Positions 8,787 through 16,734 of a stretch of DNA of 34,557 nucleotides are shown in pieces. Numbering within the stretch: the first letter of the stretch is position 1; every line of letters begins with the position of its first letter. A model generated the notes under the pieces. That model worked only from the letters and a program-made list of their open reading frames with translations. It was not told the DNA's origin and searched no databases. Position numbers and translations under genes: made by a program. Source of the DNA: a virus (taxonomy: Duplodnaviria > Caudoviricetes); the IMG/VR virus record IMGVR_UViG_3300020594_000244, positions 1 through 34,557 of that record. One strand, written 5' to 3'.

Positions 8787-8818
8787 AATTAGAAGATGGT
8801 GAAGCCCCCCGGCCATCG

Positions 8819-9124
8819 TCAGGCCGCCCGCCGGTCGCGCTGGCGACGATCGTCGGCGCGCAGGTCGATGCCGCAGAAGCGATCCTCGACCGCCTGGTCG
8901 GTCATGATCTCGCGGGGGTAGATGTCGGGGCGGAGCGCGCAACAGGACACGCCGGTCGCGACTGCGATCGGCAGGACATACTCTGCCGGGACGCGCTTGG
9001 AGCTTTGCAACCACTTCCACACAGCGGTCTGCGAGACCCCGCAGATTTTGCCCAGTGCCGCTTGCGAACCGGCAATAGCGACCGCTTGCTCAAGCGCTTC
9101 GAAGGGAGAGAGGTTGTAGCTCAT
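8819..9124 (-). CDS. cro: Cro-like (YdaS-type) HTH regulator
   Basis: ALEQAVAIAGSQAALGKICGVSQTAVWKWL...LRPDIYP; divergent from cI. Confidence 0.9.
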   Translation of the reverse strand: MSYNLSPFEALEQAVAIAGSQAALGKICGVSQTAVWKWLQSSKRVPAEYVLPIAVATGVSCCALRPDIYPREIMTDQAVEDRFCGIDLRADDRRQRDRRAA

Positions 9125-9133
9125 GACGCTTGA

Positions 9134-9199
9134 CTACAACCAAGGTTTTAGACCTGTCAACAACAAAAGTTTTAGAGCGGAAAATAACCAAGGTTGTAG
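9134..9199. promoter_or_regulatory. Three 18-bp repressor operators, consensus CTACAACCnnGGTTGTAG
   Basis: CTACAACCAAGGTTTTAG (9134-9151), CAACAACAAAAGTTTTAG (9158-9175), AAATAACCAAGGTTGTAG (9182-9199); 24-bp period in the AT-rich cro/cI gap. Confidence 0.85.
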
Positions 9200-9209
9200 A
9201 GTGCGGCCG

Positions 9210-9893
9210 ATGTTCCGGGGTGATCGGCTAGAAGCGTTGATGGCGCAGCAGAATGTCTCGCAAAGCGAGCTCGCGCGGCGAATCGGCGTTTCGCAAACCA
9301 CGATCTGGAAACTGCTCAAGGAACCGGCCCAAGGGTCGAAATACACTCACCGGATTGCCGCGGAATTGGAGACGAACGCCGCCTATCTTATGGGCGAGAG
9401 CGACGATGCATTACCTGAGGGGGGAGTCGGAGAGCAGCTTCAGGTGAACCGTGGGCGGCCCGCATTCTCGCCGGAAGAGGTCGGCCTGATCGCCATCAAG
9501 GAAATCGACCTCGCGCTCGGTGCCGGCGGAACCTATCTGGGCGAAGGCGCGGTGATGGAGGTCGAGCGCTGGTTTCCGGCGCAATGGCTGCGCGAATTCA
9601 CCGATGCGCCGCCCGACAAGCTGGTCTTTGCCCGGGTGCGCGGCGATTCGATGCGGCCGACGATCGAGAATGGCGGGATCGTGATCATCGACCTGCGCAA
9701 GCAGCGGATCGACGAACAGGACGCGATCTGGGCGGTCGCCGTCGCCGATATCGGCATGGTCAAGCGCATCTGGGCGAATGCCGACGGCAGCTACAAGATC
9801 AAGAGCGACAACCCCAGTGTCGGCGCGGAGAGTGCCGTCGACGACGAAATGTTCGTGCTGGGTCGCGTCGTTGGGGGGTTGAGCAAGTTTTGA
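9210..9893 (+). CDS. cI: CI-like repressor, XRE HTH + S24 autopeptidase
   Basis: SQSELARRIGVSQTTIWKL HTH; LGAG candidate cleavage site; VRGDSMRP (catalytic Ser) and MVKRI (catalytic Lys); start placed at ATG 9210 beyond the operators. Confidence 0.93.
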   Translation: MFRGDRLEALMAQQNVSQSELARRIGVSQTTIWKLLKEPAQGSKYTHRIAAELETNAAYLMGESDDALPEGGVGEQLQVNRGRPAFSPEEVGLIAIKEIDLALGAGGTYLGEGAVMEVERWFPAQWLREFTDAPPDKLVFARVRGDSMRPTIENGGIVIIDLRKQRIDEQDAIWAVAVADIGMVKRIWANADGSYKIKSDNPSVGAESAVDDEMFVLGRVVGGLSKF

Positions 9894-9916
9894 CGGGGCC
9901 GCAGAAAGGGGGCGGG

Positions 9917-10513
9917 ATGGCGTTTGACCAAGCCGAATGGGCGAAGAGGCATCCGAAGTTGATGCATTCGATGCAAGCTATTGTGGTGATATTGCTTGGC
10001 GTTTTGTTTCTGACGGAGTGCGTTGGCGACGATGAAGGTGCAAGTGTTCCGGCAGGCGACGCGAAAGAGGACGCGCTGAAAATTTACAATCGAGTGATTG
10101 CCGTCACGGCTGACTGTGACGCATCGTCGGCCAAGCTCGCGACGGCACTTAAGGGCGAGGATATCGTGTTTGCTTATCGCACAGCCGATCAGGTCGAAGG
10201 CAATTGTTTGGGTGTGCGATCTGCGCTTGCCGAAATCGAAATTCCCGACAGCATAACCGGAGAGCACCGCAAGACGGTCGAGGAATCCTTACGGGCTTGC
10301 CAAACGACCTATCTGATGAAGTGGTCGGGTGCGCAGACACTGAAAAAGGTGATCGATGAAGGCGCTCGTCCCTCTGCTTTGGCCGAACTGCAGGAAACTA
10401 CTGAGAGCGTAGAACGAAACCAGATGCTTTGTGCCGGCGGCCTTGCTGCGGTCGCGACGTCGCTCGGAGCGACGGAAAAGGAACTCGGTATCAAGGGTTC
10501 GGGAGCGAAGTAG
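9917..10513 (+). CDS. Moron: membrane-anchored helical protein with four Cys in the soluble domain
   Basis: MAFDQAEWAKRHPKLMHSMQAIVVILLGVLFLTEC...; purine-rich SD; 23 nt after the cI stop; lower GC. Confidence 0.75.
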   Translation: MAFDQAEWAKRHPKLMHSMQAIVVILLGVLFLTECVGDDEGASVPAGDAKEDALKIYNRVIAVTADCDASSAKLATALKGEDIVFAYRTADQVEGNCLGVRSALAEIEIPDSITGEHRKTVEESLRACQTTYLMKWSGAQTLKKVIDEGARPSALAELQETTESVERNQMLCAGGLAAVATSLGATEKELGIKGSGAK

Positions 10514-10515
10514 GC

Positions 10516-10653
10516 TCACCAATTCCACCCCATCCCGGCTAGCCCGCGGCCGATGTTGGCGATGAAGAAGGCTGCCATCGTCGCGCCGACGAACCATAGC
10601 CACCATCGCGGTTCGGGCTCGTCGTCGCGGGGATCGGGCCAAAGTCGGGGCAT
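10516..10653 (-). CDS. 45-aa Trp-rich single-TM protein (not in the ORF track)
   Basis: MPRLWPDPRDDEPEPRWWLWFVGATMAAFFIANIGRGLAGMGWNW*; ATG directly abuts the nuclease TAG. Confidence 0.55.
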   Translation of the reverse strand: MPRLWPDPRDDEPEPRWWLWFVGATMAAFFIANIGRGLAGMGWNW

Positions 10654-11154
10654 CTAGCACCAGATCGGCGCATAACGCTGGACCGCATGGCCGGTGCGCA
10701 CCTGCTCGCAGGACAGGTCTGCGTCGCCGACGTAGCAGCGCGCGACGGTGCGCCCATAGCGATCGGTGTCGGTTGCCCGGCAGGTGAGCGGGCCGCGGCC
10801 GACGAGGCTTTCCAGATGACGTGTGCTCGCGACGGGATCGCCCGGCGTACATTGTCGGCCGCGACGGCAGTGGCCCGGCATCTCGGGCGCGTCTATTCCC
10901 TGCAGGCGGACACGGCGGTCGCCGCAACGCAATGTATCGCCATCGACGACGCGGACGCTGGGGCAGCTAAACTGATCCTCCCGATCGTCCGCCGCGTTGC
11001 CTCCGATCGACCAGGCAACGCCGCAGAAAGCACCGATGAAAGCGGCCGCGGTCAGTATCTTCGCTGTGGGGAGGCGCCTTCGACCTCTCGACCTCGCCCT
11101 GCCTTTGCCGCGGCTAGCGGGAGGAAACCTCGCAATATTCGATCGTTTGCGCAT
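10654..11154 (-). CDS. Thermonuclease (SNase) family protein with N-terminal TM anchor
   Basis: VRVVDGDTL, VRLQGIDAPE, DTDRYGRTVARC, VRTGHA motifs; basic N-terminus then ILTAAAFIGAFCGVAWSI. Confidence 0.9.
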   Translation of the reverse strand: MRKRSNIARFPPASRGKGRARSRGRRRLPTAKILTAAAFIGAFCGVAWSIGGNAADDREDQFSCPSVRVVDGDTLRCGDRRVRLQGIDAPEMPGHCRRGRQCTPGDPVASTRHLESLVGRGPLTCRATDTDRYGRTVARCYVGDADLSCEQVRTGHAVQRYAPIWC

Positions 11155-11204
11155 TGCAGCAGGGTCGACCAGTTGATTTGAGAAATGCCTAAGAGGTTGG
11201 GCGT

Positions 11205-11531
11205 CTAGCACCGAAAGCGTCGGATGGCGCGCTTCCATTCGCGCTCGTCAGGCATTTCGAGCTCGATCAGCCCCTTTTCCCATTGTGCGGCCTCGATGCG
11301 CAGCGGACGGACGCGACGGCCGACGCGCGCGGCGCATTGGCGGCACCAGAAATGGTCGACGGCGCGGCGGAAGTCGTCGTTCCAGCCCTTGCGCTCGAAA
11401 CGCCACCACAGGCTGGCGGCGTCGAATTTCGCGCTGTGGCCGCACTGGCAGACGGGCCGGACGGCATAGTGCCAGACCGCCGCCTCGAAGATGCGGGTCG
11501 CGGCGCGCAGGCCGTCGGCGGTGTAGCGCAT
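11205..11531 (-). CDS. Zn-finger-like hypothetical protein
   Basis: VCQCGH...FWCRQC; start lies 1 nt after the upstream stop. Confidence 0.72.
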   Translation of the reverse strand: MRYTADGLRAATRIFEAAVWHYAVRPVCQCGHSAKFDAASLWWRFERKGWNDDFRRAVDHFWCRQCAARVGRRVRPLRIEAAQWEKGLIELEMPDEREWKRAIRRFRC

Positions 11532-11532
11532 G

Positions 11533-11724
11533 TCACAGCGCCAGCACCAGTTGCGCGGGGTCTGGCGCCAGCGATTGCCCCATGACCTGTTCGGCAACCG
11601 TCACCGCAAGCTCTCGCGCCGCCTGGCGGCGGATGTGCTCCGAGCGTTCGGTCAGGCCAAGGCGTGCCCATCCGGGGGCGGCGAGCAGGGCGTCGGCGAT
11701 CAGGTCGGGGTCGATTCGTTCCAT
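11533..11724 (-). CDS. Small DUF6771-like protein (63 aa), LexA-boxed
   Basis: MERIDPDLIADALLAAPGWARLGLTERSEHIRRQAARELA...QLVLAL; family recalled from sphingomonad proteins. Confidence 0.7.
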   Translation of the reverse strand: MERIDPDLIADALLAAPGWARLGLTERSEHIRRQAARELAVTVAEQVMGQSLAPDPAQLVLAL

Positions 11725-11734
11725 GGACAAATGA

Positions 11735-11749
11735 GAACATATGCGGAAC
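11735..11749 (-). promoter_or_regulatory. Alphaproteobacterial LexA (SOS) box GTTC-N7-GTTC
   Basis: Minus strand GTTC-CGCATAT-GTTC, ending 10 nt before the ATG at 11724. Confidence 0.85.
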
Positions 11750-11873
11750 AGCGTGGCAAGCGGCATTCGACGGGCTGTGAGCGATTGCGCTGGCAGGGCT
11801 AGGATAGTGGACTCCCAGCCGAATATCAGGAACAAGTGAGTCGGGGCGAATGTGCAGCGGTGTTGTTACTGCA

Positions 11874-12788
11874 ATGATCGGAAGAAATCGGGGCATCTTC
11901 ATTGCGTTGTCAGGAATAGCAATATTCGTGCTTGCGCTTGGCGTCGGGGCCTATTTCGGCGCTCTAAACCTGAATCAATACGGCTTTCAATCCGCACCTA
12001 CTGCCAACGGTCGACAGAACGCCAAGATGGAACAGCCCTCCCAGCTTGACCGCGATCGGGCTGGACTTCCATATTTTGCTGAGCGCATCGCGTCCGGTTC
12101 AGATCCCGCCGATGGAACCGAACGTGAAATGCGCGAACTTGCCTCCCAAGAAGCGATGGCGGTGTGGGCGTTTTGGATGTTGGTCGCGTCTGTCTTCGGC
12201 GTGGCTACAACCCTGGCCGGGACTGTCCTGATTTGGCGTCAGATCGTCCTGACCCGTCGCGCCGTAGAAGATACCAGTATAGCCACAAAAGCGATGGTGC
12301 GTCAGAATGATCTGGCAGAAGAAGCTCTGCAGCGCCAAATGCGTGCCTATGTGGGTGTCGAACGGATGCAATTCTTTCAAATGTCGAAGGGCGCCCGTCC
12401 GATTTTCAAGGCCACCTTCACCAACTTCGGCCAGTCTTTCGCTCATGATTTGCGAACGAGCATCCAAATTGGGCCTGTAATTCTTTCCGAAATCGACAGC
12501 GCACCTGCACCTGACTACCCAACACTGGACTATCCCGTCAGCAGTCTCGCGCCAAGTGCGAGTATCGAAACTAGCACCGTAATAGAGGACAAAAGCAACT
12601 GGGATGGTGTTTGGGACGGTTTCAACGCCGGGCGTGTAGGCTTCTTGGTCAAGGGAGCCGTCACCTATATCGACGAGTTTGCAATTTGCCGAGCGAGCAC
12701 ATTCAAGAATTATATCACAAAGGACATGGTCGACGCCGCCGGGAATGGAACTGCCCGAGCTTGTAAGAGCGGAAACCGCTCCACCTAA
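11874..12788 (+). CDS. Moron: two-TM membrane protein with C-terminal beta-rich domain
   Basis: TM1 IFIALSGIAIFVLALGVGAYF; TM2 AVWAFWMLVASVFGVATTLAGTVLIW; coiled coil then RAYV...; lower GC; opposite strand to the late genes. Confidence 0.78.
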   Translation: MIGRNRGIFIALSGIAIFVLALGVGAYFGALNLNQYGFQSAPTANGRQNAKMEQPSQLDRDRAGLPYFAERIASGSDPADGTEREMRELASQEAMAVWAFWMLVASVFGVATTLAGTVLIWRQIVLTRRAVEDTSIATKAMVRQNDLAEEALQRQMRAYVGVERMQFFQMSKGARPIFKATFTNFGQSFAHDLRTSIQIGPVILSEIDSAPAPDYPTLDYPVSSLAPSASIETSTVIEDKSNWDGVWDGFNAGRVGFLVKGAVTYIDEFAICRASTFKNYITKDMVDAAGNGTARACKSGNRST

Positions 12789-12852
12789 AGCGAATCGCAG
12801 CGGACGGCTGCTGCCATCCACAACTCTGGAAGATTGATGAACCCCGCGCCTA

Positions 12853-13863
12853 TTAGCGGCTCTCAAGTTTCACCGACGTCCACAATCCCCCGCTGCCGTC
12901 GAGGGCGTGCGTCACCTCGTCGACCAGCCATTCCATCCCGTCGATCTCGCTATCCCATCCGGAGAGCGAAACGCGGGCGTTGGGAATCAGGGTCGGGTCG
13001 CCGAGCGCGAGTTCATATTCGAAGGTGAAGGCGCCGCGCTGGCGCTTGTTCGCCTCGCCGCGGGCGGCCGCCTCGGCGTCGGCGCGGTTCGCGTAGACGC
13101 GGCGCAGTTTCTTGCGCTTGCTGCCGCCGGCGGTGACGGTGACGCGCTTGCCGGCGTCCAGATCGTGATACTGCGCCGATGCACCGTCAAAATCGTCGCG
13201 CGCCTTGGCGGCGAAGCGCCATGTCCAGCCGTCCTGCCGGGTCAGCGTCGCGGAGGGTAGGGCCTTGGCGGTCGCTGTCGTCGAAGCGCCGATCGGCATG
13301 AAGATCAGCGCTCCGCCCTTTGGCGTTGCGACGGCGTCGTAGCGGCGGCCGAGGTCGCGGATAAAGGTCATGTCGCTCTTTTTCGCCTGTTCGATCGCCG
13401 CGATCGGCAACGAGGCAAGGTCGGGATGGATGCGCGGCGTCAGCTTGTTATCGGCCGCGATCTGCGTCAGCACCGCGCCGAGCGTCGTGTCCTTCCAGAT
13501 GCGGTCGCGGCGCAGGCGATAATCGCCCGCCAGATCGGCGGCGCGCGCGCGAATTGCGACGATATCGGGCGGGCCCGAGCGTTCGACCTCATCGACCTTG
13601 AAGCGGCCCTTTGCGACCATGCCGAGCGTCACGTCGGCCCCCTTTTCCCAGCCCATGGCGAGGATCAGCGTCGCACCGGCGCGAACGGGCGCCAGACGGC
13701 CATCGCTGTTGTGCAGCTGAAGCTCGAGACTGTCCGCTTCCTCGCCACGCTTTTCGGTCAGGGTGAGCGCGGACAGACGCGGATTGACCTTGTCGGTCAG
13801 GTCGGTGCCCCCAGCGCTGCCGTCATCGAGGGTGAGGCGGATCGCGGCGCGGTTGCCGTCCAT
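12853..13863 (-). CDS. gpD: Late control / baseplate hub protein D
   Basis: LTLTEKRGEEADSLELQL, GRFKVDEVERSGPPD, IEQAKKSDMTFIRDL; last tail gene. Confidence 0.92.
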   Translation of the reverse strand: MDGNRAAIRLTLDDGSAGGTDLTDKVNPRLSALTLTEKRGEEADSLELQLHNSDGRLAPVRAGATLILAMGWEKGADVTLGMVAKGRFKVDEVERSGPPDIVAIRARAADLAGDYRLRRDRIWKDTTLGAVLTQIAADNKLTPRIHPDLASLPIAAIEQAKKSDMTFIRDLGRRYDAVATPKGGALIFMPIGASTTATAKALPSATLTRQDGWTWRFAAKARDDFDGASAQYHDLDAGKRVTVTAGGSKRKKLRRVYANRADAEAAARGEANKRQRGAFTFEYELALGDPTLIPNARVSLSGWDSEIDGMEWLVDEVTHALDGSGGLWTSVKLESR

Positions 13864-14420
13864 CAGTCGACCCGTTCGAAGTCGATCGTGAAATCGACGC
13901 GGCGGGGCAAGCCGCCCGCGATGATGTTCTTTCCATATTCTTCGAGGTTTACGAGCAGATACTCGCCCCATTGGCGCCCGGCGCCGTCGACGAGCGGCTG
14001 CGGGTCGCCGGTAGCGGCCATCTCGGCGACGCGATCGACGGCACCGAAGGTGCCCGCGACTTCGGGGATCACGCTGCCATAGAAGGAGACGAAGTCGTCG
14101 CCCGGGCCAAGATATTGGCGCGCCGCGCGCGCGCCGAAGCGTTCGGTCGCTGCATGGCGCCAGTTCCGCCGCCGCTGATATTCTTCATAGGTCATGGTTT
14201 CGAGGCCAAAGACGAACAGGCCCCACGACATCAGCGTGCGCGGCCCGGCTTCGGTCGGCAGGCCGAGGTTCGCGGTCGGGGCGGCGTCGGGGAACAGGCC
14301 CCTGGCGAGCCGTTGCAGCCGTTCGGCCTGATAGCGTGCGCTGTCGACCCGGTTGCGCCAGCCGTCGAAGGGCAGGCCGAGCCCGCGCAGGGGGTCGGGG
14401 ATCTTGGGAACCAACGCCAT
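13863..14420 (-). CDS. gpU: Tail protein U with N-terminal extension
   Basis: LMSWGLFVFGLETMTYEEYQRRRNWRH...QYLGPGDD...PRRVDFTIDFERVD. Confidence 0.9.
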   Translation of the reverse strand: MALVPKIPDPLRGLGLPFDGWRNRVDSARYQAERLQRLARGLFPDAAPTANLGLPTEAGPRTLMSWGLFVFGLETMTYEEYQRRRNWRHAATERFGARAARQYLGPGDDFVSFYGSVIPEVAGTFGAVDRVAEMAATGDPQPLVDGAGRQWGEYLLVNLEEYGKNIIAGGLPRRVDFTIDFERVD

Positions 14421-16609
14421 CAGTCGTCATCCTCGAAGCTCGAGCGCTTCTTTACGCCCGCCATATTCTCCAGCTCCTTCTTGACCTCCTTTGCGATCTC
14501 CTTCGCGCTCTGGCCGTCGCGCGCGTAGATGTTGACCTCGACCTTGCCGATGCCGGCGAAGGGCGATGACCCCGCCGGCGCGCGCGCAGCCGGTGCGATG
14601 GGCGGCCCCGCCATGGCCGGGGAGAGCGACAGCGCCCCTGCCGCCGCGACGCCGCTTGCAAGACGGCGCATCGAAGCGAGCGGACGGCGGCCGTCCCGAT
14701 CGATGCCGAGGGCGAGGCCCTGGCTGATATGACCGCCCATCGTCGCGAACAGGCGCGAAGGGGAGGCGATGCCGAGAAATTCCTTGGTCTTCTTCCATGC
14801 GCCGCCGACGATCGCCTTCAGCGCGTCCCAGATGCGCCCGGGCGCCGCCTTGATGCCCGCGACCAGTCCGTCGATGATGGCGCGGCCGCCCTCGATGAAG
14901 CGCGCGGCGATCGACTTCACGAAGGCGAGGCTGGTCGAAAAGGCCTTCTTGATCGTGTCCCAATGCTTCCAGATCAGATAGGCGCCGACGGCGAGCGCGG
15001 TCACGAGCAGGCCGATCGGATTGAGCAGCAGGGCGCGGCCGACAAAGAGCATCGCTCGGCCGAAGCCCAGCGCTCCCTTGACCAGAAGGCCGAAGGCGCG
15101 CGAGCCGACGATGGCGCCGACGCGGATCCGCGCGAAGAAGCGATAGGCGGTCGCCATCGGTCCTAGCAAACCACCGAAGGCGAACTGCAGCGCGCCGAGG
15201 CCGATCTTGAAGGCGGCGAGGCCGGCGACAAGCTGAATGACTGTGCTCGCCGCCTTTGGATGCTCGCGCGCCCATGCGGCGACGGCGCTCGCCGCGCTGT
15301 TCACATAGCCGAGGGTGGTGACGATGACGGGCAGGAAGGTGGTGCCGAGCGTGATTGCCAGCTCCGAGACGCTGGCTTTCATCGCGGTCCAGCCGACGGT
15401 CGCGTCGCGGAGCATACGCTGATCGAACGCTTTGTCGACGGTGCCGGTCGCCTTCATCGAATCGTCGCGAATCTTGCGATAGTCCTTGAGATTCTGGATC
15501 AGGCTGCGGATCGCGCCCTGCGCCTGCATATCCTCGAAAGCGAAGCCGATCTTTTTCAGGTCGCCACCGGTCGCCTTGTCGGTGATCATCGCGATCGCCT
15601 CGAAGGTATCGAGCCCCTGCTGCCGCGCCTTTTCCATCGCGGCGGGAAGATCGACGCCGAAGTTCTTCTGAAACGCCCGGATGGTCGCGGGCGAATTGAG
15701 CTTGGCGAGCAGGTTCTGGATATTGTTCGCCGCCTGGTCGGCGTTGCCGGTGCCGCGCTCGGCGATCTGCAGCGCGGCCGACAGATTTCCGACGGCCGAA
15801 AGGCCGCTTTCGCCCATCGCCTTCATCTGCGCGGTCAACGCGGGGAAGTGGCGCGCCATGTCGCGGATCTCGAACGCGCCAGCGTTGCCCGACGCGGCCA
15901 TGATGTCGAGCGCCTTGCCGGTATCGGCGATCGGCACCTCGAGGGTCTTGAGATTGGCATAGGCGGCAGCGGCACCGTCGGCGAGATCGACCTTGAACGC
16001 GGTGCCGAGGCGGCCGATCGAAGGGACCATCAGCGCCGCCTGGCGCGGATCGAGGCCCTTGCCCGACAGCACGTCGATCGCCGATCGCATATCCTCGGGC
16101 ATCTGCTTGGCGGCGCGCGCGGCGGCGAGGATGTTGAGCTCGAGGCGCTTCGTCGCCGCGTCGGACAGTTCGGCCTTTTGCTGGATATCGACCATGCCGC
16201 TCGAAAATTCCCCGGCGGCCTTGCCCGCGAGCAGGAAGGGAGCGAGCAGCGAAGCGCCCTGGACGATGTTGTCGCGGCCGCGGCTGCGCAATTCCTCACC
16301 CCTCGCGCGCATCCGGTCGGCGGTCGCGTCGATCGCCATCAGACGCCTCTGGCGTTCCATCTGACGGTTGGTTTCGGAGATCTGACGCTCGAGCGCGCGT
16401 TCGCGTTCGACGAGGCTGGTGACATTGCCGCTGGCGCCGGCGATCTCGCGTCGCACGCCGCGCAGTTCGCGCTCGAGGCGCGCGGCGTCGCGGCCCATGC
16501 CCTTGATGACCTGCGAAGCGGTCTTGCCGGTGCCGATCAGGCCGCGGAACATGCCCGACAGGCGATCGCTGCCGAGCAAGTTGACAACGAGGTTGAGCGT
16601 GCCGCTCAT
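14420..16609 (-). CDS. gpT: Tail tape measure protein
   Basis: 729 aa, Ala-rich; ALLLNPIGLLVTALAVGAYLIWKHWD and LGIASPSRLF; ATGA overlap with E'. Confidence 0.93.
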   Translation of the reverse strand: MSGTLNLVVNLLGSDRLSGMFRGLIGTGKTASQVIKGMGRDAARLERELRGVRREIAGASGNVTSLVERERALERQISETNRQMERQRRLMAIDATADRMRARGEELRSRGRDNIVQGASLLAPFLLAGKAAGEFSSGMVDIQQKAELSDAATKRLELNILAAARAAKQMPEDMRSAIDVLSGKGLDPRQAALMVPSIGRLGTAFKVDLADGAAAAYANLKTLEVPIADTGKALDIMAASGNAGAFEIRDMARHFPALTAQMKAMGESGLSAVGNLSAALQIAERGTGNADQAANNIQNLLAKLNSPATIRAFQKNFGVDLPAAMEKARQQGLDTFEAIAMITDKATGGDLKKIGFAFEDMQAQGAIRSLIQNLKDYRKIRDDSMKATGTVDKAFDQRMLRDATVGWTAMKASVSELAITLGTTFLPVIVTTLGYVNSAASAVAAWAREHPKAASTVIQLVAGLAAFKIGLGALQFAFGGLLGPMATAYRFFARIRVGAIVGSRAFGLLVKGALGFGRAMLFVGRALLLNPIGLLVTALAVGAYLIWKHWDTIKKAFSTSLAFVKSIAARFIEGGRAIIDGLVAGIKAAPGRIWDALKAIVGGAWKKTKEFLGIASPSRLFATMGGHISQGLALGIDRDGRRPLASMRRLASGVAAAGALSLSPAMAGPPIAPAARAPAGSSPFAGIGKVEVNIYARDGQSAKEIAKEVKKELENMAGVKKRSSFEDDD

Positions 16610-16734
16610 TCGTCCTTGCCCCACATGCGGTTGAAACGCTCGACCGCGCGGCGGCGCCACGCCATCAGCTCGAACAGGTCGAGCCGCTCAAGATCGCGCA
16701 GGGGCCAGTGAAAGATGGCAGCGATGTCGGCCAT
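16606..16734 (-). CDS. gpE': GpE' tail assembly chaperone extension (not in the ORF track)
   Basis: MADIAAIFHWPLRDLERLDLFELMAWRRRAVERFNRMWGKDE; hallmark ADIAAIFHW motif. Confidence 0.9.
   Translation of the reverse strand: MADIAAIFHWPLRDLERLDLFELMAWRRRAVERFNRMWGKDE

Noticed and set aside
8499-8816. ORF MAGGLHHLL...FGEAA as a confident protein gene
   Set aside because: Low-complexity translation over a hairpin array. It could be real, given the coupling at both ends, but is not supportable as a feature
9123-9209. Longer cI start at 9123
   Set aside because: Would run through all three operators and overlap the cro start; the HTH begins after Met at 9210
11819-11835. Second LexA-like site (GAAT-ATCAG-GAAC)
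   Set aside because: Spacer is 5 rather than 7 nt and one half-site is mismatched
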